The notes under the pieces are model-generated. The model saw only the letters and a program-made list of their open reading frames with translations, had not been told where the DNA came from and did no database searches. From Octopus bimaculoides (Eukaryota), in the NCBI RefSeq assembly GCF_001194135.2, contig NC_068981.1:59781172-59845171 (forward strand): a stretch of 64,000 bases of DNA. The letters are read 5' to 3'. Shown piece by piece: positions 38,950 through 51,920 of the stretch. Positions within the stretch are counted from its first letter, which is position 1; each line of letters opens with the position of its first letter. A program made the position numbers and the translations under genes.

Positions 38950-40100
38950 ACAGTATGACCTGCAGCTACAATTTCCATTTGAGAGATTTTTCAGGCAGCA
39001 AGTTATAACAATGAACGTTTATGCAAGGATCATATAATTAGTGATGTCTAGCTATATGAGGATAGTTTTCCTTCAGGTTTTCAGTGGAATGGGCAAAGCA
39101 TTTGAACAATCTCGTTTTGACGAAAGTTCGTTTACTCGAGCATCTTGCTATTTCAATGGCCTTATTTGAAACATTTGTAACTGTGTATGATTATCAGACA
39201 TTCATGCTCATCCTATTAGTAATATTAGCAAAAGATCGGCACAGGCAAGGCTTCCGAAGCAGATTAAGAGAATTCACAATGTCTCATCAGCATGCTTTTA
39301 AAAAAGACCTGTATCTCGACTTACAAGATCTTAAAGGAGCGCCGATAACTTGGGTGGAAAAGCAATATTCTTCTCTAGTAATTTCATGTAAACTCAGCTA
39401 GTGATTCCAAGAAATATATCTACTGCTGAGTTGAGAGCATTCTTCAGAGAATCTATTAATTGTATGTGACTATATAAAAATCCCTTTTAACTGTCTACTA
39501 ACATGTGAATGGAACGAATTATAGATATCTTAACAGCCCGGTTTTCAGACATTATTTCAATTGAGAGGAAATAGTGCTTGTTGACATTATAAGTGGAAAT
39601 GTCAAATACTACAAAATTGGGGACGAATCATCAGCAGATCTCAAATTTCTAGTGGCTTTCTGAATGTTATCTTAGTTCCCGCCCCCACCCTCAAAAAACA
39701 AAAAAAAATTATGAAATAGTATATTAAAGCCGCTATCATTTAACATGTACCAGTTCAATCGAGACGTTACAAGTAAGTTCATATTGTAGTTGAATGTTAT
39801 CAATGCTACAATTATCGACATGTGTTATTTGATCCACTTCAACTCACTGATGTCTCTTCCCATAATTGAAACTTAACGTGGGATCATCCGCCATTCAGAA
39901 AATTCTGGATGATTGCTAAAATTCAACAGGGAAGTCCATATTCCTCTAATAATCATCTCTACGCCAATTGCTTACAAGCTGGACTAAGCAAAGATCTTGT
40001 CACCAGAGTCCCAAACTAGAGGACAAGAAATGTTGAGTGCCCCAATTGCATGTTAGTCAATGTTGATTATTTTTAGTTAAAGCTACGGCTTTAAAACTGG
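38950..40100 (-). mobile_element. Highly decayed L2/CR1-group LINE RT remnant
   Basis: Fragments LLEEYGLPC*ILAIIQNFL and SADDSSPIL (YADD-like) in the expected order. Many stops. Confidence 0.33.
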
Positions 40101-40376
40101 TCTGAGTTACTTCTCTTCGGTATTTCCCATTGAGGAAACCTAAATCGCTAGAAACGCTGCTTCTGAGAATTCGATAGATGCCAACACTGGGCAGATATGG
40201 TGCTTTTACACCTTTTACTATGAGAGAGAACTTTTCTCAGTGCTAACTGCAGTGAATTTGCATAAAGATGTTGAAAAATGTCACAATTATATTTTAACTA
40301 ATCTAAATTTCGCGCATCCCTAATCACTCCTTGGCGCTAATACTGCTGAATTTATATATATATATATATAAATATA

Positions 40377-40423
<47 letters not shown>

Positions 40424-40559
40424 NNNNNNNNNNNNNNNNNNNNNNNNNNNNNNNNNNNNNNNNNNNNNNNNNNNNNNNNNNNNNNNNNNNNNNNNNNNNN
40501 NNNNNNNNNNNNNNAGAGAGAGAGAGAGAGGGAGAGAGAGAAAGAGAGAGAGAGAGAGG

Positions 40560-40604
<45 letters not shown>

Positions 40605-41103
40605 TGTACGTGTGTGCGCGCGCGTTTAAAGATATACCTGTATGTTCACGTCTTGCCAGTGCAAACTTGACCAGTAAACCTGAATTCAGTTTATGCCTAT
40701 CTAAGTAGTAATCAGAGTTAGTTGTACAGAACAGCATATGGATTATTTTCCCCGTTTACTCAACACGTTTCTGGTTCGGGAAATGTCTTACGACAGCCCT
40801 GTCTGGTCATAACGTTCCCGCATCAGTGTATCTCATAACACACACACACACACACACACACTCTGTCTCTTTCTCGTTATTGGCGACGGAAGCCGTATTG
40901 GTTCAGAATAACATACTTTATATATTAGCGAAAGCTACAAAACTTCAGCATTCGCCTTGAGAAGCATATCGTACTGAGGAATAGTGCTAAAAAGCACAGA
41001 TGTGTGTATATATATATATATATATATATCAATCGCAGAATAATGCTAATAATATAGCCTGAACAGGATAAACTATCCCTATTTTGCAGAGAAAAATGTA
41101 GGT

Positions 41104-41177
41104 GGCTAGCTGTGGACTCGAACGCACATCCCCGTGATTACATGTCACGATGCTTTGACCGATTAAGCTAAACTACT
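41104..41177 (-). tRNA. tRNA-like cloverleaf / tRNA pseudogene (UGU at the anticodon position, Thr-like), non-canonical
   Basis: AGTAGTT TA GCTT AATCGGTCA AAGC A T CGTGA CATGTAA TCACG GGGAT GTGCG TTCGAGT CCAC AGCTAGC C. Acceptor stem 5/7 bp, D stem 4/4, anticodon stem 5/5, bulged T stem, A at position 33. TTTTT lies ~7 nt downstream (41092-41096). Confidence 0.58.
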
Positions 41178-41299
41178 CACTACAAATTCTTCTGCAAATT
41201 AAGATATATAAATCTCGCTTTATGAGACGCTCTCGTATGTTAAATTCAAATTACGACAAACGTAAATAAACAAACGAAGTTTGCTTTTTTAGAAGCGTT

Positions 41300-42400
41300 G
41301 AGGTGTCTTTTAGAAAGTTAAAGAAGTGATTTTAAATTCTCAATTATGTGTGTAGCTTCTGTAATTTGTCTAAGCATTGCGTCAGTTCTATGTGTGGACA
41401 ATATTTTAACTTCTATGTTGTTGAGCGAGCCCCCGTGTTCCTACTCGACGTGCTGGTACAGAACCGATAAGCTCTTCTCTTCCTTAAATTCACTCCAATG
41501 CACATTTACCCGCTCTCCTATGCTCTGTGCTGTTTCCCCTAAACACGACGTTGTCTTGTTACTGCACCGCCCCTCTGTACATCTTATACTATAGACTAAA
41601 TTCCTGGCTTTACAGTTTGTTTGTGGGCTAAATCTACATACAGTACAGTTCCTATCAGTACAGGGAGTTCTACTAAAATGGTAGGTTCTACCGATTAGGG
41701 ATTTGTTAGGATTGCCTGGCCTTTCTACAACCTTAATTCTTGGCTTAAGTTTGTCTACGGCCCTTCTAAAGCGGTACAAGAGTTCGCCTCTAGAGGTGGT
41801 GTCGACGAACATGACACTCTGGTATTTGTGGCTATCATACCATGAGTTGGCCTTCCCTATTTTCTTCTTAGTGCTTTCAATGGTGTTCCTTGACTTGCTT
41901 CTGTAGAGTGGGCAAATCCCATTCCTATCGTTACGTATGATAGTTTTAAATTTCCTCATGTCTCCTTTGTATAGTCTGATCCTTTCTCTATGGCTGTATC
42001 CTGAGAACAAAATGCGGTGAACGAAATGTTGTATGTGTCCCTTTAACTCTGTAGAGTCGCACATGCAAGACACATTTCTCATTACTCTGACGAGGTCTGC
42101 CATCAGTATATTGAATTGGGCATTGTCCGCGATGGCTGATTTCCGGTGGATCAGGTATTTGGAGGCCATAGGTTTGGTATAGTGTGAATGAAGGATTTAG
42201 GTTTTTTATTCCCAGTTTACAGCCAGAGTTCTGTATTTAGTACTGGTAGTCTATGGTTAGAGTATTTCGTAGGGTAGTTTATCGTGACCTTAATACTCTG
42301 GTGGATGTAGTTAGCTTTTTGCTGGATGTTATCCATAGTATTAGTTACCATTTCTATTTCAAGAGAGTACTCACTTGAAGGGCCCTAGACATACTTAAGC
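41300..42400 (-). mobile_element. 5'-truncated Penelope-like element (RT thumb + GIY-YIG), Neptune/Nematis-like by motif recall
   Basis: ANYIHQSIKVTINYP...RLPVLN, HYTKPMASKYLIHRKSA, LFSGYS, IKVVERPG, CTDRNCTVC...NCKARNLVYSIRC...CLGETAQSIGERVNVH and RQITEATHI. ORF 41441..42169 is open for 242 aa. Confidence 0.87.
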
Positions 42401-42419
42401 TAAGAATTAAGTTTGTAGA

Positions 42420-43028
42420 AAGGCCAAGCTACAGATTCTTTCTACAGATGTCAACTCGGGATTTGCTGTTGCTTTCGGACAATTCATGGGGCACCCATTT
42501 TCCAAGTTTAAGAACCTTTCCAAGTTGTTGAAGATGACGATGAACAGTTTTATGGTTTGAAGTAAGCTTTATTGCCAATTCTTCAACTGATAATGCAGGA
42601 TTTACTTCAAGTAATGCCTCAAGGGGCTTATCATCGAACTCAACTGAACGTCCTGTTCGATCTTCATGTTCAAGGCTGAAATCTCCACTTCTGAATTTTG
42701 CAAACCAACTTCTGCAAGTTCTTTCATTCAAGCATTCTTTCCCATAAACTGAGTGTATGTTTCGAGTCGATTCGGTTGCAGAGTCTCCTTTTTTGTACTC
42801 ATAAAGCATTATGTGCCTGAAATGTTATTTGGATACTTCCATGTTAGAAAGGGTTTTAATTAAAGAAATTTTTATTCTATTATTCTGTAAAATAATATGT
42901 AATTAGTTTAAATGTACACAAATGCATAAAAATATCTTTTAATTCCATTAGACATTCTAAAATACTATTAAATTTTATTCAATTTAAAAAGAGGTAAAAT
43001 CGGACAGAACTTATGGGATGACCTGATA
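42420..43028 (-). mobile_element. mariner (Mos1-like) transposon 5' half: TIR + N-terminal HTH domain
   Basis: ORF 42429..42809 with WFAKFRSGDFSLE, RTGRS and KLGKWVPHEL. TIR CAGGTCATCCCATAAGTTCTGTCCG (reverse complement of 43001-43025) with TA at 43027-43028. Catalytic domain absent. Confidence 0.9.
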
Positions 43029-44779
43029 GTATACTCAATTAATTATTGGAGTTTATTCAATTTATTGTTCGAGAGGATTTGAGTGTATACATCTTATTGT
43101 TCCAGCGCAGACTACGGATAGCTTTAGTGAACTCAACTTCATTATGAAGATCCGTTATAGCTGTTTCTATGTGAGATATCATGCTTCTAATCTAGCTCTG
43201 GTTTAAATTTATCCGAGTAGCCTGGCGGCATATTTTTTTAAATTATTTATTACATGTATCAATACTTACTTGATACGGTGAGTCTTGTCAGGCTTTGGTT
43301 GTCTCTTGTACTTTCCTGCTGTTTGACAATCAGCACAGTATTCATTACTTTGATCAGGTTATCTAGGACTAAGTTTCTCCACTGATTACAATTTTTGCGG
43401 CAAATTTATGTTTTTCCAAAGAACTTTGTGCATTAAACTGTCAGTGAAGATTGATTTCAAACAGTGCCAGACAAACTTATCAGCTGTTGGTAATTCGAAA
43501 CTTGAAAAATCAAATATATATTACTGCTCTCCCTGCATCTATACAAGACAGCTACCAGTGAGTCATTTTACTAAGGTTATAAATATAAGCCCCGTCAAAC
43601 TACAACATTCCATTAGACAGCGTGGTATTTAAACCAGCAATAGTACAGACAAGACAAAAAAATTTACGGTACGAAATACGATATCTGGTTTCATCATACA
43701 GGTGTTGACGGCATTATTTCTAGCGAGTTATTCATTATAACTTCCAGCGAAAGATCAATAAAATGTACTTTTAAAAAAAAAAATTCGCTTTGTATTCAGA
43801 ATTTACACAAAGGTGAACGAAAAAGAAATGCAATTAAAACAAGTTTCAATTTTGTTTCGTATATTTCCTCAATTATTATTTCTTTGTTAACATTTAAAAT
43901 TAATAAAGTCAGAGTAATGTTAATGTAATGCTACATTACAAAAACTAGAAAAAAATTCATTTAAATAATTTCTTTAGAAAAACTTAGAATGGTAAATTGA
44001 TAATCCTCTTTCTCTTTGTTTTTCTCTTTTTACTTCACTCATTTTCCGACGCATACATTCCTAACCGTACATATTCACAAACACTCCACTCATTCAAACT
44101 CTGTTAAATCCGAGTTGCTTATTACTACTCGATGATGACTATATTTAAATTTAACTGCTTATGCTTGATGTGCTGTATAAAACGCAAACAAGGCATGCAC
44201 CTGTTTAATAGAAGAGTTCAGATTGACTTGTGCAGGGTGATGAATTCCTCCCCCAAAGACGCATTCCGCTACTTACTGAAGTGGCCCGATGAAGACCCAG
44301 CGAGGTGCTTAAGTGAAGCACGGAGTCTGGTCGAGCGGTAAAATGTAAGGGGACAAGTGCCTCATATTGAAAGGGCTTGAGGCCCATAAAAAGAAAAGCG
44401 TAAGAGGCAAGTGCCTCATTTCAAAGACATAATAAATTGAGATTGTGAAGTAAGAGGTTTATAGCCTCAAATTGTAAATTTACGTATAAATTTATAAAAG
44501 AACAATGATTTAGCGAAGCAGAGTTCGGCAGGCGGCTTCTGTCTTCTTCCATTAATACCATCTTACTCATCATTAATCACATCTCATTAATGTGTTTGTC
44601 CAGCCAGCACCTACTCTGTGTACTGCCTTTATGACAAATAAAATGAAACAGAAGAGTTCAGATACGGCAAAGCAAGTATGTCTTTATACTGGGTGTTCTC
44701 AATGTATCTTTTCCCAGGTTTTCGTTTTTTTTTTTCCAGCACTGAAAATACGAAAGCTAGCAGTTCACAATATGTTATT

Positions 44780-45300
44780 CCTCTTTTAAAGACTAGCATT
44801 GTTCCTTTTAAATGTGGATATTAGGTAGTCTTTCAGTAGCTTCTTTGCACTGTAGTCAGGTATTCTATTGCTGAAGGCTATACATGATTCAATGAGGAAA
44901 ATGAGAATCATATATTCATATTACATGGGTTCGCGTCTGTTTATTGGGAATTCAATATTTCTGGTCTTGGTTTGATAGAAGTCTACCGCTGAATTCTGAC
45001 TTCAGATCATATCAGAACTAAAATAATCTTCTTATGTTATTTAAAGTCATCCAGTAGCATGGTATGACGGTTCTGTGTATACTAAACTCCGCATCCATGC
45101 AGGAGTTTGGACTGTTTCTAAGGAATGCAAACATTTGAAGTTTGCTGCTGTCTTGTATATCATCGTCACATACCATTGTTGGGAATGTTGGTTCTTAGTT
45201 ATACGTATGCAAAGACTGAAAAACTTGTTATCGTTGATGTTATGTTTTGTTTTTAGATCTAGAAAGTGCAATCCGAACAGGTTTTAGGGTGCCAGTGACA
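44780..45300 (-). mobile_element. Possible very decayed PLE GIY-YIG region
   Basis: Fragments ANFKC, HGCGV*YTQ (CxGCxxxYIG-like) and DYLISTFK in plausible order. Weak. Confidence 0.22.
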
Positions 45301-45757
45301 GATGATCGTATATCAAAAACTGTTATAGATAATTTCATAAACTGTAATATTAGCTGATGTTATAGGTTGTTGTGAATCTGTAGCTCAATAAAATGCTCTG
45401 ATATAAGCTTGTTGATAACGAGCAGCCTTCTGATGCTGAAGATGTGAAGTTCGATACGGAGGTTATCAGACATTTCCAACAATCTGTATTCCCATGTAGT
45501 TTCACAGTTAACTAAAGTGCACAGGAACCAGTACAAAGCCATTTTTCAGATACTTTTTTATGGACTAAAGAATATAGACTTTCAGTTTAGAATAACCATA
45601 CCGGCTATAAATCTTGTATAAAATTGCAAAACATTTCTCGAGTGTTTAAAAGGGAATTTTCATATGATTTAAGTATTATGCTGCTGTCTTGTATATCTTC
45701 GTCACATACCATTGTTGGGAATGTTGATTCTTAGTTATACGTATGTAAAGACAGAAA
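45143..45757 (+). repeat. 79-bp direct repeat pair (45143-45221 / 45679-45757)
   Basis: TGCTGCTGTCTTGTATATC.TCGTCACATACCATTGTTGGGAATGTTG.TTCTTAGTTATACGTATG.AAAGAC.GAAA, with 4 mismatches. Confidence 0.9.
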
Positions 45758-48700
45758 CTATAGAGATTGAAACGATATTAGAGATTAAATAACGTGGGGT
45801 GGATATCTAAAATATCTAAAATTCATTAAATGTATATCAATAATGAATTTCCGCTCCATCATTTTAAATTCTGTTCTCGTTAGGTGGTCTTGATATACAT
45901 TTTTCTTGAGTCAACATAGTTATTTCCTGTAATAGATTAAAATTAACCAAGAACACAGTAAACATCTCTTCAAAACATTAACCACATGACTAAGTAAGAA
46001 AGTAAATGAAAACTTCGAAATTAGTAAAATTGGCTGAGACCATAAAGAGCCTGACGTATATTTTTCTATAAGTTTTCGTTACTCGATACTTGTGCCTTTG
46101 TCTTTTATCGCTTCTGTCTCACTAGGCTTAACAAGAAGTAGCATACTTTTTGAACAAATAGGAAATTTTATTCTTCAGCATTAATGTTAAAATCGGTTGC
46201 AGTAGCCTCGTGAAGCCCCATGAAATTGAATCTGCGAGCCGGATTCAATTAATGTACATGAATCAATTTTGAAAATTATACTTTATACAATTTTTTATAC
46301 TAACATTGCAATTCCAAATATTGTTTGGGAAGGAAGAAAATTAAGCTTGTGTTGGATATCGAATAATAGACAGAAACATTTATTCCTTTTATGTCCATAT
46401 TTATCATGTTTGTTTTTGAAATATGTAAACAATTTATTTATTTTAACCAGGCATCTGGGTAATAAAAGGGAAGAGAATTGTAAAGAGAAACGTTGTATAA
46501 ATATAAATTCAAAAGAACTAAAATAGTTAAACTTCGAAACGAAACCCTATAGAATTTTACAAGATGACTTGCCTCGGCTAACTTATGTGATCGTTTTGAT
46601 TAACAAAGTATACTGTGACATTCTTTTACACTGATATATCCCACTGAATAAAGTAAGAAGGCATAACGGTGTTTGGTGATTTAACTACGTATTCTCTTTT
46701 CTTAGATATTCATTTAAATCTATATTCTTTTTGTTCGATACTCATCTTAGATATAAAAAATATTTATCCACTTCTCATACTGTCATTCCCCCTTTGTTCT
46801 CACAAAACACTAAAATACCTAACATTTGCTTCTGTTAGAATTGAGATCATCACGATTGCCCTCATTTGTATTGATTATATTTCAGTAAAATATTTCATGA
46901 AATCTTTTATTCATTTATTTCCATGTTTATAGGTGATTACACACAACTTTCCATAACTGATTAAAAATCACTTTACCTAAGTCGGCTAGCGATTCAGCCG
47001 TTGACCAGTAAGATAACTCTTCAGCTGCATATAGGAGTTCCATGTGCTAGAAGAGAAGATGCTGTCAAATTTCTTTCAAATCACCACAAATCCTCATTAT
47101 AGCCTACCAAAAAGGCAGCTGTGTTGGACAATATTGTGCTGGATATACAAAATGACAACAGCTGGAACATATTCTATTCTGAAGTATGTTAAATTTCAGA
47201 TAATGAAGGTCCGAAAAATAACAATAATATTAACAAATTTACTTATCATGGTAGAGCACGTGCAAATGAATAAGTGATTAACGATAAGGATGTGTGACTA
47301 ACCTCACTCCAAACCAATTTTGAAAATATACGTTTTGGAATGTTGTGTAGTTATAGCAGTCAAATCTTGAAACTACTTGGTTCACATGATTTCTAAGTAG
47401 ATAGAAACTACAATTCTTCGTGATAATTATATCACCGACGTTGTTTAAGAGCAAAGCTAAAAATATGTTCTGGTGGTGAAACATTAAGAAATATTCTCAA
47501 CGCGTGATTGTTCTATTAACTTTCGAGGTGAAGAAATTTAATGTTCTGTTGCTTGTTGTCTTAAATGGAATTTCTCTTAAAACACGGTAATTACATTAGT
47601 ACAGCGTGTAGTTAGACTTCTCTATGTCTCTTGATTCTGTAAGTATCAATTTACAGAAGTTAGTGAACTTGAAATAATATTGAGATTTGAAACTGCAGAC
47701 AATTCCAGAAAACTGAAATCAGGATTGAAATTTAAAGAAAAACATCGTCGCTGTACGTATAATGTACACGAAGGTGAAGTGTACGATATAACATACTTGG
47801 ATGTATCAGACACACAGAGCGTCTATTTCTAAGTCTTCTACATTATATATTTTGGCATTGATTGAGTGAGGTAGTTGAAACATCTTACTTTCAATAAATC
47901 GTTTATATTCTGACAGATTTTTTTTTTCAACACATGAAAGGAAACGTTCAAGTAGGAAAAATTTGGAGAGGGTTCACAGAATTTATTTGCCAGGAATGAG
48001 GCATATGCGAATGTAATACTGTTAAGTGTGATGTCAAGAATAAAATATTTGAGTGTAGTGACCTGTCTTTATATAATCAATGTTTGAAAAGAAGATAGTA
48101 CAATTAGAAATTGCAGAGATTTTCTCAAATTCCGACGCATGTATACTAGAGTGGGCCTCGAGACAAATTTAAATTGTTGGCCTGAGGTGTATATAGATAG
48201 CATAAACGCTATCTGCTAATGCACAAGAGTACAGCACAAATAAGAAATTCAAATTGTGAGTAAGAAGCAGCTCAATATTATAAATATTATCGATATCACA
48301 CACACACACGCTCAGATACAAACATACACAATAAGCACACATACACAAATACATTCACATACATATGTAAACGTTGATTTACATAATTATTCGTAATGCG
48401 ATTTTAAACATAATTATGCTAGTAGTTGTTGTGTATATCACAGGAAATACCTTTGAAGGATTCCGCAGATCCTTTCTGCAGTCTTTAAAAAGGAAAGCCA
48501 TAATGGATAATGTAGTCATGGATAAACGGAAATATCGTAGGTAAAACATATCTGATTATACGTAACTTCGAACAGAATTAATCTGAAACTAAACAACAAA
48601 GATAGCAACAGAACCAACTTATGATAACCAATTTACTTAACTATACTTACATGTGTTAGTGTGTGTGCCTCTGTGTGTCACTGTGTGCATGTGAAGTGTC

Positions 48701-49081
48701 GATGTGTATGAATATATGTCTTTGCGTGTCAGTGTTATAGTACAGAAGGAAGATTTTGAGAAGCCGAGTGTATGAAGAAGATATATGTATCATGCGCCTG
48801 TTCGGAGAAACAAGGCGTCCACACTTGAAGTACGGTACTCAGAACATTCAAGAAATTACATTTCTACAGTGTTTGCTTGCACACGGATTATACATCTGTT
48901 TAAATCCCTGTTACAACTTCCCTGTTGGAATTTGATGGGTAGAAACAATATGAACAATTTATAGGCGAAAATCAATATTTAAAGGTAACATGACCGCTTC
49001 CCAAATTAGAAATCGTCTTATCTCTATGTATTGATGAAAATTATATTGGCCAATAATTATAAAACGAAAGGACAATGGAAA

Positions 49082-49200
49082 TAAGAAGTTTGCTTTACAA
49101 CTACACGATTCCAGGTTCAGTCTTACTGTGTTGCACACTGGTTGATCATAGCCTTGTGAGTAGACTCAGTTGACGTAAATGGAAAGAAACCTGCATGTAT
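49082..49200 (+). mobile_element. Degenerate head of SINE family A followed by TG/TA microsatellite
   Basis: TAAGAAGTTTGCTT...CCAGGTTCAGTC...GCCTTGTGAGT...GGAAAGAAACC parallels 58530-58645. Confidence 0.55.
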
Positions 49201-49327
49201 ATGTCAATGTGCGTGCGTGCGTGTGTGTGTATGTGTACATGTTTTGTGCGCGCGCATTTGTGTGTGTGCGTGCGTTTGTGTTTATGTTATGTTGTATACA
49301 TACATACATATATATATGCATATATAT

Positions 49328-49362
<35 letters not shown>

Positions 49363-49467
49363 AACATACATATATAAACATACATATATATAAACATACA
49401 AACATATATATAAACATACATACATATATATAAACATACATATAAGCATAAATACATACATATAAAC

Positions 49468-49661
49468 CAGATGTTGAAGAGATGAAGAAAAAACGACAGA
49501 CATGTTAAAAGTCATCACTTCGCAAGAGTTCCAGCCCTGCTTCGAACAATCCACTGATGCATTGCTTCCAATGGAGGATACTTTGAAGGCGAGAAAATGT
49601 GTAAACATGTATAAACTAAGTGAATAAAATAATTCCGGTTCCTTTTGGGTACCCTCTCGAA
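49468..49661 (+). mobile_element. mariner transposon 3' fragment with TIR
   Basis: DVEEMKK..DMLKVITSQEFQPCFEQ...CIASNGGYFEG C-terminus. Terminal TTCCGGTTCCTTTTGGGTACCCTCTCG (49633-49659) resembles a mariner TIR. Confidence 0.75.
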
Positions 49662-50599
49662 TATATTTTATCCATCTAGTGCAATATGTCTATAGTATCT
49701 ATATTCCTACATTCACACGCAGACACATAAATACTCACACATGTGCACTCACACGCGTACACACTAACAATTTCACACACACACACTTGTGTGTATGGGT
49801 GTGAGCGTGTGTATGTGTGTGAAACTGTGCAGTTCGTACCGATGTTAGAAATCAATATTATTGGAAGAAATATTTGTAAGCAAAAATTAAAAATTTACAG
49901 ATCTCTATGTAAAGAATTGCATAAATAATGTTTTGTAAATTTACTCTCTAACTCTCTTTCTCTGATCTATGACAATCCTAAACACTGTAGCTTTATAGTC
50001 AAGTCAGCTTTGAGAGAGCGTTGCTATGGACTAAATCACTAGTGGCCAGTTCAGTTCATAGTAAACTTTTTAAAGACTTCAATGTCTTTTGGGACTCACC
50101 AGCTGAAAATCCCGCCAACAACTAACGACTGCATGACTGCGTAACCAGGCAACACGGAATATATTTCTTTTATAGTTCAGAAACAGCCATAATCGATAAT
50201 TGATTGTTCTTCTTTTTCTCCTTCATCTACTACCTTGCTTTTGTCCTTCTCAATATTCTGTTTGGAATCTCGTTTCATGACAGCTGTTTTTAGAAACGTG
50301 GTTTATTTGAAATTTAAAGCATAAATGAAAATATAAATTGCATTTCTGTGATTGTCCATGTTACGTATTAAATATTAGGGAGTCTGCAGCTTTATCCAGA
50401 TCAATAATGTGGATTTCTGCACATCGATATTGAAATTCCACCGCACTTGAGTGCTTTAGATTTTGGTTGGCAGTTTACCAATATCAGTGACCTCGATATG
50501 AAAATCATCATAAATGTTAGAGCTATATTATTTACGATTATTTTTGCTGATTGAAGAAAGAAGGCGATCCTCTGTTTAAGGAATGCATGGGGAACTACG

Positions 50600-51920
50600 A
50601 AAGTTTCGGACCTTTTTTATGTTTCTTCACTTGTTCCATCTGTCCTTCTGAAAACAGCATACACATATTCCACCCTATTATGTTCTGATATCCATTTGTA
50701 CACACCAATCTTGATGTCTTCCACTTCGTTACCATCCCGATTAGCTCCTTGTTGTCCTCGTCCATCATTATGCAAGTGTAGTTTACTTCATGGGGAGGGG
50801 AATTGTTTGTGCTTTGTTGTGTCAGCGATTCTTATTTTTCTTTTAAGCTTGTCTAGGAGGGGAATGGGTGGGTTCGGTGTCAATAGGGAGAGGGTGGGTC
50901 TCAGAGGGTATGGGTGAAGTGATCAATGTTTGGGGTTCCACATTATACTTTTTGTCTTCTTCCTTTTCCCATCTGCCATTTTCCATTCTGCCTCTCTTTC
51001 ATCCTCTTTTTCTTTTTCCTCTTCTTGCTTCTTTTCCGGCATTTCTTCTGTTGTTCGCTTTTGTAGAGGGCAGTGTGCTCTAATGTGGCCTTTTTGGCCA
51101 CATTTAAAACAGCGTGGAGTCCTGCCCTCTACTCACACTTTCAATATTTTGTGGCTTGGAGGATGGCCACCTCCTTCTCGCTACCAAAGAGCATAGCCGC
51201 CACGACCCAAGCCACATCAATTTCTAGTGGAATTCGCTCTACGCTTATCCTTGATGTCCTTCTTCCCATATATGTAGGTAGAAGCACCATTTTATCTGTT
51301 GCGTTCTCTATTGTTTTAGCTTCCGACTTGAATAATACTATTATGGATCCAAATTTACTCCCTCTGACCAGATACGTAATGTATGGCCAGACCGAGCACA
51401 ATGCCTTTTCAAAGATCCTTTCTTCCACATTTTCAATTCTCCTGTTTTCCATTGAGTATACTTTGTATATCACAATTTTTCTGTCAATCTTTTCTATTTT
51501 CTTCTGGAGTGGTGATAAATTAACGTCACCACCTATTCTGGTTACCGTTCTTCCGTAACTTTCCATGTTGGAGAGGTCTACCTCCCTCTTCCTCACCTCC
51601 ACCGCCTCTGCTAAACTTTTCTTTTCTAAAACTTTGTCCATCCTTTCGACAGTATGAACCAACCCCTCTTCCGAAGAAGAAACTTCGGAACCGCTAAATT
51701 CCGAATAGCACATTCTCGTAGCTTACCTCTCGATATTCTCGAGAGAAAGCACAACTTTAAACCGCTGCTAAAGCAGCACAAAAACAACTGACAATTTAAC
51801 CAACAATAACTTTAACAGCAACTTTAAACATTAACTAACCTTTAGTACAACAAATTTACCACTGCAACTTCACTCGACTCCGAACTCTGAACTCACTTGG
51901 ATCGTTGCTATTTATACTTT
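50600..51920 (-). mobile_element. ORF1(gag-like)-only relative of the Tx1 element, with internal deletion/frameshift
   Basis: ORF 51141..51713 ends LLPTYMGR...IPLEIDVAWVVAAML...ILQAT, homologous to LLPVFNGK...LPDVDAAWMMATLL...ILQVT at 3300-3410. A shifted frame gives VEGRTPRCFKCGQKGHIRAHC (intact CCHC, 51070-51111) and an E/K-rich tail. No APE motif downstream. Confidence 0.72.

Noticed and set aside
39084-39401. 105-aa plus-strand ORF
   Set aside because: No motif or splice support; overlaps a probable minus-strand LINE remnant.
46226-46252. 9-bp perfect hairpin AATTGAATC...GATTCAATT as a Helitron end or terminator
   Set aside because: No CTRR terminus and no other support; expected by chance in AT-rich DNA.
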